From Spirochaetia bacterium (lineage in GTDB: Bacteria > Spirochaetota > Spirochaetia > DSM-27196 > DATKUC01), in contig DATKUC010000013.1 of the NCBI GenBank assembly GCA_035530835.1, positions 1 through 55,415 on the forward strand: a DNA stretch of 55,415 nucleotides. Direction: 5' to 3'. The notes beneath the pieces were generated by a model. It was not told the DNA's origin and made no database searches. It saw nothing but the letters and a program-made list of their open reading frames with translations. Positions within the stretch are counted from its first letter, which is position 1; each line of letters opens with the position of its first letter. The position numbers and the translations under genes are program-made. Positions 16,141 through 24,108 of the stretch are shown one piece after another.

Positions 16141-18563
16141 GCAGCATCTCCGAACTGAGGTCGGCCCGCGGACCGGGAACGATCGATGTGGCCGTAGGTG
16201 AGAAACGCGAAGACAATGGCAAGGCCGGCTGCAACGCTGATTGAGATCCAGAGCAAACTGCCGCCGACCAGAAGCTGATAGGCGAAAGTCGCGACAGACC
16301 ATGCCACCAGCGTCAGATAGGCCGACATCACAATCGAATAGCCCGGTCCAATCTCCCGCATTGCTGTGCCGAGCGTCGCAAGACAGGGTAGATAGATCAG
16401 GATGAAGAGCAGATACGCATACGCCTGTCCCGCACCTTGATCGAAATGGCGGTGAAGTGAAATGTAGACGCCGCCTCCGGCCTTCTCGGCGGATCCGGGA
16501 GCAATCTGTCTTTGCGCCTCTTTCATGCCGAGCGGATCGGTAAAGGTGGCAGCGAGCGACGAAACAGCAGCGGGAATCGTGGCGAGAGCGGCGCCAGCTG
16601 AGCGCAGAATGTTGAAGTTGCCCGCAGCCAGGATCGGCGGGGAGGACTCATCGCTGGCCGCATGCGAGGTTCCCGATTCGGTGTAGAGCGAAGTCAGCGT
16701 ACCGACCACGGCTTCTTTTGCGAACAGTCCGGAAAAGATAGCAACGGTCGCAGGCCAGTTGTCGGCATGAATGCCCATCGGCGCGAAGATTGGGGTAACT
16801 GCTTTCCCCGCTGCGGAGAGCATCGATTTGTCGGTACCTTCGTTGCCGAAGGAGCCATCCAGGCCGAGCGAATTGAAGAATGACAGGATGGTGATGCCCA
16901 GAATGACGACCTTTCCTGCGCGCAACAGGAACATCTTCACTCGATCCCAGGTGTACAGAAGTACCGACCCGATCCGCGGTCGATGATAGGGAGGAAGCTC
17001 CATGAGCAGGTGCGTCTGCTCTCCCTTGAAAAGCGATGAGCGCAACAGCAGACCGGTGAGAACCGAGAGCACGATTCCGACAAGATAGAGCGAAAAGACA
17101 ATCGCACCGGAAGCGGCGGGGAAGAAGGCCGCGGCGAACAGAGCGTAAACCGGCAGCCTGGCTCCACATGACATAAGAGGCGCCATGAAGATGGTCAGCA
17201 CTCGATCACGGCGGTTCTCAAGCGTGCGCGTTGCCATGATCGCCGGGACAGTGCATCCAAAGCCCACGATGAGCGGCACGAATGCCTTTCCCGGCAGACC
17301 TATCATGCCCATGAAACGATCGGTAACAAATGCGGACCGGGCCATATAGCCCGAATCCTCGAGCAGAGAGAGCATGAGGAACATGAAGAAAATCACCGGA
17401 ATGAAGGTCGCCACGGTTTCGATTCCGGTGCCAATTCCGCCGGACAGTATCGTTATGAGCCATCCGGGTGCGTGAACAAGTGCCAGAAGATAGGCGGTTC
17501 CGTCGACAAAGATTGCGGCGGAGAGATGATCGAAGAAGGGAATGAACACCCCGCCCACGTTGATCGTGACCCAGAAGACTGCGAACATCGCGGCAAGAAA
17601 AATCGGAATGCCCCAGATACGGTGCATCAGTACACGGTCTACCCGATCATCGCGGCTCTCTTTCGTTCGCCTCCGCCGTATCGCCGTGGCAGTCAGCTGG
17701 CTGATTCTGCCGTACCTGGCATCGGCAACAAGAACATCCGGCGATTCGCCGAGCTCCTGCGTCAACCGCTCGACCTGGGCGGATATGGTTGCCGCGGAAA
17801 AAGCAGGGAGTTCCGAGACTGCCTCGAGCGCCCAGGCATCCTGCTCGAACAGCTTTACGGCAAGCCACCGGGGACTCACCTGCGGCTGCGTTTCGGCGGC
17901 GAGCAGTGCCGCCTCCCAGCTATCGATGACTGTCTCGATGGCTGCATCATACCGGCAGGCAACGGCGTTCCGGCCGAGTGCTGTTTCGAACGAGGTTGCC
18001 GACGCCCAGGCGACGAGCGTGTCGCGCAGCGACGATATGTCTGCAGCCTCGGTGGCCGTAAGTGCAATTACCGGGCAGCCAAGTTCGGCTGAGAGCGCGG
18101 ATGCAGAGACCTCACCGCCTGATTCAGTCACGAGGTCCATCATCGTCAGGACGACGACTACCGGGACTTCCATCTCGATTATCTGCAGAGTGAGAAACAG
18201 ATTACGTTCAAGATTCGTCGCATCGACTACATTCAGGACAAGATCCGCTTCGCAGCTTACCAGATAATCCCGGGCTGCCCGTTCATCTTCCGAATAGGCG
18301 CTGAGATTATAGACTCCGGGCAGGTCGACGACTCGTATCGCCTCTCCTGAGGGCGCGTTTGCCGACTGGAGAACGCCTTCCTTCTTCTCAACAGTGACAC
18401 CCGGCCAGTTGCCGATTCTCTGGCTTGCGCCGGTAAGGCCGTTGAATATCGTCGTCTTCCCGCAGTTGGGATTGCCTGCGACCGCAACCACGAAACCCTT
18501 CCGGGCGGTTGCAGGGACAGGAGAAGGTCTACGATGTCTCATAGATAATCGAACCGCTTTCAA
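16137..18563 (-). CDS. feoB: Ferrous iron transporter FeoB
   Basis: N-terminal G domain (VAVAGNPNCGKTTIFNGLTG, VVDLPGVY) followed by a polytopic membrane domain. An alternative start is at 18542. Confidence 0.9.
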   Translation of the reverse strand: MKAVRLSMRHRRPSPVPATARKGFVVAVAGNPNCGKTTIFNGLTGASQRIGNWPGVTVEKKEGVLQSANAPSGEAIRVVDLPGVYNLSAYSEDERAARDYLVSCEADLVLNVVDATNLERNLFLTLQIIEMEVPVVVVLTMMDLVTESGGEVSASALSAELGCPVIALTATEAADISSLRDTLVAWASATSFETALGRNAVACRYDAAIETVIDSWEAALLAAETQPQVSPRWLAVKLFEQDAWALEAVSELPAFSAATISAQVERLTQELGESPDVLVADARYGRISQLTATAIRRRRTKESRDDRVDRVLMHRIWGIPIFLAAMFAVFWVTINVGGVFIPFFDHLSAAIFVDGTAYLLALVHAPGWLITILSGGIGTGIETVATFIPVIFFMFLMLSLLEDSGYMARSAFVTDRFMGMIGLPGKAFVPLIVGFGCTVPAIMATRTLENRRDRVLTIFMAPLMSCGARLPVYALFAAAFFPAASGAIVFSLYLVGIVLSVLTGLLLRSSLFKGEQTHLLMELPPYHRPRIGSVLLYTWDRVKMFLLRAGKVVILGITILSFFNSLGLDGSFGNEGTDKSMLSAAGKAVTPIFAPMGIHADNWPATVAIFSGLFAKEAVVGTLTSLYTESGTSHAASDESSPPILAAGNFNILRSAGAALATIPAAVSSLAATFTDPLGMKEAQRQIAPGSAEKAGGGVYISLHRHFDQGAGQAYAYLLFILIYLPCLATLGTAMREIGPGYSIVMSAYLTLVAWSVATFAYQLLVGGSLLWISISVAAGLAIVFAFLTYGHIDRSRSAGRPQFGDAA

Positions 18564-18831
18564 CCATCACCTTTCCAACCATCCCCCACCCGATCATGAC
18601 GCGGGAGACTCCAAGTCCGAGCAGAAACGGGTGACCGTGACGTCCGCTGATCACCTCGACAGTCCGCCCCGGGACTATTCCCATGGACACGAGTCGCACC
18701 CGAAGCGGCTCCGCGCCGGATATCCGCGAGACCACCGCTGACTGCCCTTGTCTGAGCGAGGAAAGCGGTATCAGATCGACGATGGTTCTGGTTTTTTCGG
18801 ATTGACTGCGACCGCCCGCAAACGACTCCAT
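18529..18831 (-). CDS. feoA: FeoA (SH3-like) protein
   Basis: LSSLRQGQSAVVSRISGAEPLRVRLVSMGIVPGRTVEVI is a typical FeoA core. ATG 18831 lies 1 nt after the dtxR-like stop. Confidence 0.8.
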   Translation of the reverse strand: MESFAGGRSQSEKTRTIVDLIPLSSLRQGQSAVVSRISGAEPLRVRLVSMGIVPGRTVEVISGRHGHPFLLGLGVSRVMIGWGMVGKVMVESGSIIYETS

Positions 18832-18832
18832 A

Positions 18833-19294
18833 CTACCTGCCCTCTCCGGTCCGGCGGTCCGCGCGCGTGAAACCTGCGGGCTCCTTCCAGACCACACTGT
18901 CTCCATTTTTGTCAGTAACGGTATCGACGAACTGGATCAGTCGTTCGAATACGATATCGGTCAACGAATGTTCCAGATGGCACGCTGACACCTCGGCTTC
19001 ATCGGCCGGTATGCCGAGCACCCGCACGAGAAAATCGAGAAGAAACTCGTGGCGCTTCACCACCCGTCCGGCGATTTCATCACCTTCGCTCGTGAGCGTG
19101 ATCAGATCATAGGGTTCGTAATTGACGAGTCCCTTTTGCGACAGTGCCCGAAGTGCTCCGGTGACCGATGAGTTGTTCACGCCAAGTCTGCGTGAAATGT
19201 CCTTCGCACGTGCAGCGTGTTTCTTTTTGACAATGTGATAGATTGCCTCGAGATAGTCTTCCTGGCTCTCGGAGAGAGCGCTTTCAGAAGCCAT
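18833..19294 (-). CDS. DtxR/MntR-family metal-dependent transcriptional repressor
   Basis: SQEDYLEAIYHI, RLGVNNSSVTGALRALSQKGLV and RHEFLLDFL. ATG 19294 is preceded by ACGGAG. Confidence 0.85.
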   Translation of the reverse strand: MASESALSESQEDYLEAIYHIVKKKHAARAKDISRRLGVNNSSVTGALRALSQKGLVNYEPYDLITLTSEGDEIAGRVVKRHEFLLDFLVRVLGIPADEAEVSACHLEHSLTDIVFERLIQFVDTVTDKNGDSVVWKEPAGFTRADRRTGEGR

Positions 19295-19321
19295 AGGCAC
19301 TCCGTTTTTCGGTATACTAAC

Positions 19322-19350
19322 AATTTACGGCAAGGCGAAAACTTTGTCAA
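19322..19350 (-). promoter_or_regulatory. Sigma70-like promoter TTGACA-N17-TAAATT for the dtxR-feoABC operon
   Basis: On the minus strand, TTGACA is at 19350-19345 and TAAATT at 19327-19322, with a 17-nt spacer. Confidence 0.5.
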
Positions 19351-19365
19351 TGAGAGAGGAAGAGA

Positions 19366-19812
19366 CTACCGTTTGAACATGTTCCGTGTATCGAGAAGGT
19401 TCAGAAAGTTGCCACGGTCCCGCTCGAGGGTAAATCGGATGGTACAGCTGCGCCCCTCGTCGTCGAGATACTCGACATGCGCGAGCGATTGATCCCGCGT
19501 CCACAAACGCTTCAGTACGCTTCTGCTTCGTTCGTGCCGGATACCGATTATGCAGTTGCGCGATACGCGAAGGGTGAGACGCTGCCTGCCAGGTTGTTCG
19601 GCCTGATTCATCAGCAGTGAAAACCAGCTCACCTGCGCAAAATGCATGAAGTAGAGGGCGCTGGGCGTAAGGAAGAATATGCCCCACAGAGAGCCCCGAT
19701 CCCGCCCGGGAAGGTCGTAGCACCTTCCCGTTGAATATATGAGGATAGGCTCCGAGAGTTCGACTTCGAGATTACGCCAGAATTGAGTCACCTGGTCCCG
19801 ATCTTTCGCCAT
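19366..19812 (-). CDS. Hypothetical protein (possibly PH/GRAM-like fold)
   Basis: ATG-initiated 148-aa ORF co-directional with its neighbours. The G-x-hhhLT-x-x-L-x-F pattern (WGIFFLTPSALYF) is suggestive. I recognise no family with confidence. Confidence 0.5.
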   Translation of the reverse strand: MAKDRDQVTQFWRNLEVELSEPILIYSTGRCYDLPGRDRGSLWGIFFLTPSALYFMHFAQVSWFSLLMNQAEQPGRQRLTLRVSRNCIIGIRHERSRSVLKRLWTRDQSLAHVEYLDDEGRSCTIRFTLERDRGNFLNLLDTRNMFKR

Positions 19813-19830
19813 GACCCGATTAGAATGATA

Positions 19831-20796
19831 TCAATAGCCAGCGCGCTTGTCCACAAGGTTATGGAGCTCGGCTCCTGCAAGATATCGCGAGAGATTGTCG
19901 ATGAAGATACGCCAGCCTCGTGTGAAATAGAGCGGCGTCATTCCGGCAGTGTGTGGCGTAATGATTACCTGCGGCATCCGCCACAGCGGCGAATCCGCAG
20001 CAAGCGGTTCGGTTTCGAACACGTCGAGCCCCGCCCCGCCCAGGGTGCCCTGCTCGAGGGCCTCGATGAGTGCCGCTTCGTCGACCGTCGAACCTCGCCC
20101 GATATTGATGAGATAGGCGCCCCGCTTCATGAGCGAAAACTCACGACGCGAAAAAATGCGGTATGTCTCCTGAGTCGCAGGCAGCGTGTTGATGACAAAA
20201 TCGGCAAGCGGCAGCTGTTCGGAAAGCTTGTCGATGCCGTAGATCTCGCTTACTCCGGGAACCGACGCGCCCGCGCTGCGTCGGATGCCTATCGGGTGCA
20301 TTCCGAGCCCGCTGATTGCCTGCGAAAAATGCCTGCCGATTGCGCCCAATCCGACGACGAGGACTCGCTTACCGTAGAGCTCGAAAACCGGAGGGAGGTC
20401 GTCGCGACGCCAGACGCCCTGCGCCTGAGCCCGGATGCTGTGGTGGAGATTGCGCGCGAATGCGGTCATCATGCCGAGCATATGTTCGGTAATCGATACC
20501 GCATGCACGCCGGAGGCGTTTGTCACGAGGAGATTTCCCTCTCTGAGCGCGGGATGCCGTGCAAGCCAGTCGACACCGGCGTGCCAGTGGTGGAACCATC
20601 GAAGTGACGGCGCACGTTCGAGCAGCTCAAACGGTACGCTTCCTACCGCAATCTCTACATGATCGAGATGACGTTCCATCTCCTTCGTATCGGCGGTGAC
20701 AATGATTTCATGGTCCTGCGCCGTAGCCCTGACCTGCAATAACGCATCATCCGGCAGTTCACCGTTGTCAAATCCGAGAAGTAATACCTGTCGCAC
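19831..20796 (-). CDS. D-isomer-specific 2-hydroxyacid dehydrogenase (NAD-binding)
   Basis: VLVVGLGAIGRHF Rossmann motif, INIGRG and ITPHTAG catalytic His region. Confidence 0.85.
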   Translation of the reverse strand: MRQVLLLGFDNGELPDDALLQVRATAQDHEIIVTADTKEMERHLDHVEIAVGSVPFELLERAPSLRWFHHWHAGVDWLARHPALREGNLLVTNASGVHAVSITEHMLGMMTAFARNLHHSIRAQAQGVWRRDDLPPVFELYGKRVLVVGLGAIGRHFSQAISGLGMHPIGIRRSAGASVPGVSEIYGIDKLSEQLPLADFVINTLPATQETYRIFSRREFSLMKRGAYLINIGRGSTVDEAALIEALEQGTLGGAGLDVFETEPLAADSPLWRMPQVIITPHTAGMTPLYFTRGWRIFIDNLSRYLAGAELHNLVDKRAGY

Positions 20797-20835
20797 AACA
20801 TCCTCCGTAGTATAGGCTGGCGAGCTCGGTCTGGC

Positions 20836-21834
20836 TCACCGTCCGCCGGTTCCACTTTTTTGAAAGAGAACGCGGTAAATCCGGTCCCGCATCGATTCTC
20901 GCAACTCTCCGAAGTCCACGTGCAGTACCGAGTTGTTTCGTGACGTCCTGACCACGCGAGCAATCAGGGTCAGCGATTCACCCGGACCGGTCTGAAACCG
21001 CAATTCGAGCTGGTCCCCCTTCTGGTAGCGGGTGGACGGATTGTAGAGACTCGCCCCGCCGCCGCCGAGGTCGAGGAAACGTGACTTCACCGGCCGTTCA
21101 TCGCGTTCGCCCGACTGCACTTCCACTTCGAGCCCGAATCGTTTACGAAAGTGCGCGCGATGCTGCGCGTGAACAACTTCCTCACTGTGTTCGAGGCTCA
21201 GCAGCTCGCCGTCCTGCCTGATGACGCTCGATTTCGTTCTGAACGTGCCGCGGCGGTTCTGGTAGACAACTTCCACCGGGCCGCCCGGAAAAAAGACTGC
21301 CGGTTTATCGCCGAAGGCGACTCGCAACCTGAGCGCCTGAGTCTGCGGCTCGAGCACCTGCGCCTGGTACTCGACGGTCCGATACCGAATTGTCACTGCA
21401 CATCCGGTTGGGAGAGATGCAGTGGACACAGGAAAGCTGTCCGGCCCTTCCCCGAGGAAGCCGAGCTTCACCCGAAGTGCTGAGATGACCGCTTCCGGTA
21501 TCTCACCCTGTCGGATGAGTCGCTGCGCGTACGCGTTGAACATGCCCTGGTTCGTGAGCAGCAGGTGCTTCCGGTCGGGAGACTTCAGCGAACGAGCCAT
21601 CCGGGCGATAACATCCTCGTCGGACGGAAGCAGATTGTGCCGTTCGGCAAGTTCCGCATAGGCCGATTCAGAGGCAACTTGCCGCTTGAGTCGATGGCGT
21701 CTCACTTCGAGGAGATAGAACGCAACGAGTCCACCGACAAAAACAACTATCAGGCTTACCGTTATGGCGAGTTTCAGCGGCGACGGATGGAACGCAGCTC
21801 GAATGCTCTGGAATAATTGATCAAGTGCGTCCAA
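20836..21834 (-). CDS. Membrane-anchored PilZ-domain protein (YcgR-like PilZN + PilZ)
   Basis: N-terminal TM helix (LKLAITVSLIVVFVGGLVAFYLL). RxxxR in HRAHFRKR and D-x-G-x-x-G in DLGGGGASL. TTG start assumed. Confidence 0.7.
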   Translation of the reverse strand: MDALDQLFQSIRAAFHPSPLKLAITVSLIVVFVGGLVAFYLLEVRRHRLKRQVASESAYAELAERHNLLPSDEDVIARMARSLKSPDRKHLLLTNQGMFNAYAQRLIRQGEIPEAVISALRVKLGFLGEGPDSFPVSTASLPTGCAVTIRYRTVEYQAQVLEPQTQALRLRVAFGDKPAVFFPGGPVEVVYQNRRGTFRTKSSVIRQDGELLSLEHSEEVVHAQHRAHFRKRFGLEVEVQSGERDERPVKSRFLDLGGGGASLYNPSTRYQKGDQLELRFQTGPGESLTLIARVVRTSRNNSVLHVDFGELRESMRDRIYRVLFQKSGTGGR

Positions 21835-22045
21835 TTGCTCTTTTCACCTTCTGATAGTAAGTTAACACCATAACAAGTGTCGTAGCAACGCCGCTTGATT
21901 TCAGTGTAATCGATGTATACTGCACGAGAATCCGGAACCGAGGCTTTAGCCCGTATGGTCTATGTACAGAACGCAAATGAGAGCGATAGATTGAGATTGT
22001 CCATACGAACGCGTGTGGAACACAAACAGCTCAATTACGGCGTCT

Positions 22046-23359
22046 ATGGACAGCAACCCGGACATATCGACCAACCCTGCATTTCATATCTCAAACTCGC
22101 GGTTGGACGACAACCAGTTGTCCGGGGCGAGACAGCGCCTGGAGACGGCGCTTGCACGGTACAACAGGGTACTGAACGGAACGACGGTGGGCCATGTCAC
22201 GATTGACGGGTCGGATATCATAGTGGAAGCCACCCCGGAGGCCGCTCAGTTGGCCGGGACCACTCTGCAGGAGCTCCTCGGTCAGAGAGTCGATCAATTT
22301 GTGCGAGCCGAGGACCGCGATCAGCTGAGAGCCTACCTGAGTACCATCCGGAGCGCGACCTTCGATGAACCGTTCACCGTCGAACTGGTACGCCCGACCG
22401 GGGGAACGATACACACAGCCATCATCGGCATCGCCGAGCACAAAACCGGACAGGAAGTTCCGCTGGTCCACGCGACGCTCATCGATGTTTCCAACCAGCA
22501 GAAAGTCGAAGAAGATCTGCGGATGGTGCGCGACCAGATCGAACGCCATGAACAGTCGGAACGTGAACTCGGGTGGTACCAGGACAAACTGAGATCCGTC
22601 ACTTCTCAGCTTACCCTGACCGAGGAGCGGGAGCGTCGGCGGATCGCGACCATGCTGCACGACAGAATCAGCCAGAACCTGGTATCCGCGAACATGCTGC
22701 TCGGCGTTCTGCTGGACGCACGGATGTCTCAGGAGCAGTCGGTACAGATCGGCGACGTAAGGCGGAGCATTATAGAAGTCATCCGCAATACGCGTGATCT
22801 CGTCGACGAGCTCTCGCCGCCGGTTCTCCATGAACAGCCCCTTGAAACCGCAATAGAGTGGATGGCGGAACACTTCTCGCGCATCTACGGGCTGCACGTT
22901 GATGTAGCATGTTCCGCTGACGATTCATCACTTCCCGAGGATGGACGCGTAGTATTGTTCAGAGGAGCGCAGGAATTACTGACGAACTGTTATCGTCACT
23001 CGGCGGCAAAAGAGGCCCGCATGGTGCTATTCCGGGAGGGTCGGCATCTGTGTATCACTGTGGAAGACGGTGGCACAGGATTCGATCCTGAAAAGCGGGA
23101 GGACCATCGTGGCATCGGACTGTTCCTTCTCCGAGAACGGTTGCAGTCGCTCGGTGGTACCATGGAGATCGTCTCGAGCCCCGGCGCGGGGACTCGAGTG
23201 ACAATCGGGGTTCCTGCAGTACACGCCAGGAGGCGGTCCAGATCGGCCGACCGCGACGCGGTGCAGGATGCAAAAACGAAAAAGTCCGGCGACAAAACTG
23301 ACTCTGCCCAGCCGGAGGGACGGCAAGGAAGAAGAAAGCCGGAAGCAGATACCACATGA
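22046..23359 (+). CDS. Cytoplasmic PAS sensor histidine kinase (HisKA_3 + HATPase_c)
   Basis: PAS-like N-terminal region, H-box MLHDRISQNL, N-box LLTNCYRHS and G-boxes EDGGTGF / GIGL. It has a basic low-complexity C-terminal tail. The start could be ATG 22046 or GTG 22013. Confidence 0.8.
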   Translation: MDSNPDISTNPAFHISNSRLDDNQLSGARQRLETALARYNRVLNGTTVGHVTIDGSDIIVEATPEAAQLAGTTLQELLGQRVDQFVRAEDRDQLRAYLSTIRSATFDEPFTVELVRPTGGTIHTAIIGIAEHKTGQEVPLVHATLIDVSNQQKVEEDLRMVRDQIERHEQSERELGWYQDKLRSVTSQLTLTEERERRRIATMLHDRISQNLVSANMLLGVLLDARMSQEQSVQIGDVRRSIIEVIRNTRDLVDELSPPVLHEQPLETAIEWMAEHFSRIYGLHVDVACSADDSSLPEDGRVVLFRGAQELLTNCYRHSAAKEARMVLFREGRHLCITVEDGGTGFDPEKREDHRGIGLFLLRERLQSLGGTMEIVSSPGAGTRVTIGVPAVHARRRSRSADRDAVQDAKTKKSGDKTDSAQPEGRQGRRKPEADTT

Positions 23360-23380
23360 GAGTGGAGGAGTAAGTCATCT

Positions 23381-24061
23381 ATGATCGAGAGCCACCTGAA
23401 AACGAATCAGGATATTACAGTTCTACTTGCGGACGACCACTCAGTAGTGCGTGACGGGGTAAAAGCTGTCATCAAGAAGCTTGACCCGCATATCCGTATT
23501 GTCGGTGAAGCGGGCAATGGGCGCGAAGTACTCACACAGGCCGAACAAGGAGCTGCCGATGTCTATGTAATCGACGTTGCTATGCCCGGATTGAACGGCA
23601 TCGAGACTCTCGAGCGGTTGCTCAGAATGAGGCCTCGGAGCAAAGTGCTCATGCTCAGCATGTACGCAGACAAGGTGCTCGTTGAGAAAGCAATGAAGAA
23701 GGGCGCCCGCGGTTACGTACTGAAGGAGAGCACCTCAGAGGAGATCGTGAACGCAATTCACGAAGTTCACCGCGGTCACTTCTATCTCAGCCCGGGAATT
23801 GCCGGCTACATGGTAGAAGGATTCCTGCATAACGGGGACGGAAGCGGACCCGAGGTACTCGAAAGCACCCTCACCTCGCGCCAGCGGGAAATACTGCAAC
23901 TTATTTGCGAGGGGATGACCGAGCGCCATATTGCAGAAGCGCTGAACCTGTCACCGCACACCATCCACGTTCACAAGAACAACATCATGAAGAAGCTCAA
24001 CATTCACACCAAAGCGGGACTCATCAAGCACGCGATAAAGCAGGGAATCGTTCAGATATAG
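23381..24061 (+). CDS. NarL/LuxR-family response regulator
   Basis: The receiver domain has VLLADDH and DVAMPGLNG. The HTH is LTSRQREILQLICEGMTERHIAEALNLSPHTIHVHKNNIMKKL. A GGAGGAG SD is present. Confidence 0.9.
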   Translation: MIESHLKTNQDITVLLADDHSVVRDGVKAVIKKLDPHIRIVGEAGNGREVLTQAEQGAADVYVIDVAMPGLNGIETLERLLRMRPRSKVLMLSMYADKVLVEKAMKKGARGYVLKESTSEEIVNAIHEVHRGHFYLSPGIAGYMVEGFLHNGDGSGPEVLESTLTSRQREILQLICEGMTERHIAEALNLSPHTIHVHKNNIMKKLNIHTKAGLIKHAIKQGIVQI

Positions 24062-24082
24062 ATCCGAAAATGATCTTCGCAA

Positions 24083-24104
24083 CCGTCCTGCCGCGGCAGG
24101 ACGG
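24083..24104. terminator. GC-rich perfect palindrome between convergent genes; candidate bidirectional terminator hairpin
   Basis: CCGTCCTGC-CGCG-GCAGGACGG forms a 9-bp stem. It lies between the regulator stop (24061) and the parC stop (24109). The T tracts are not immediately adjacent on either strand. Confidence 0.45.
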
Positions 24105-24108
24105 CGGC

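Noticed and set aside
16141-16302. Longer 141-aa version of the FeoC ORF
   Set aside because: The extra 54 codons lie inside feoB in another frame. The FeoC-like sequence begins at the ATG that overlaps the feoB stop.
18832-18906. Longer 125-aa version of FeoA
   Set aside because: The extension overlaps the dtxR-like 3' end. The internal ATG at 18831 sits 1 nt after that gene's stop.
19295-19365. DtxR/IdeR-type 19-bp palindromic operator in the feo promoter
   Set aside because: I could not find a convincing dyad. There is only an imperfect GTTTTCG/CGAAAAAC repeat 24 nt apart, which does not fit known DtxR-family site geometry.
19783-20607. 274-aa ORF antisense to the D-2-hydroxyacid dehydrogenase
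   Set aside because: GC-rich antisense artefact. The dehydrogenase has Rossmann and catalytic motifs.
21913-22206. 97-aa plus-strand ORF upstream of and overlapping the kinase gene
   Set aside because: Its ATG lies within the candidate -10 box (TATACT). It is in a different frame from the PAS kinase and has no motifs or SD.
22091-22897. 268-aa ORF antisense to the histidine kinase
   Set aside because: It has no motifs. The kinase strand has H, N and G boxes.
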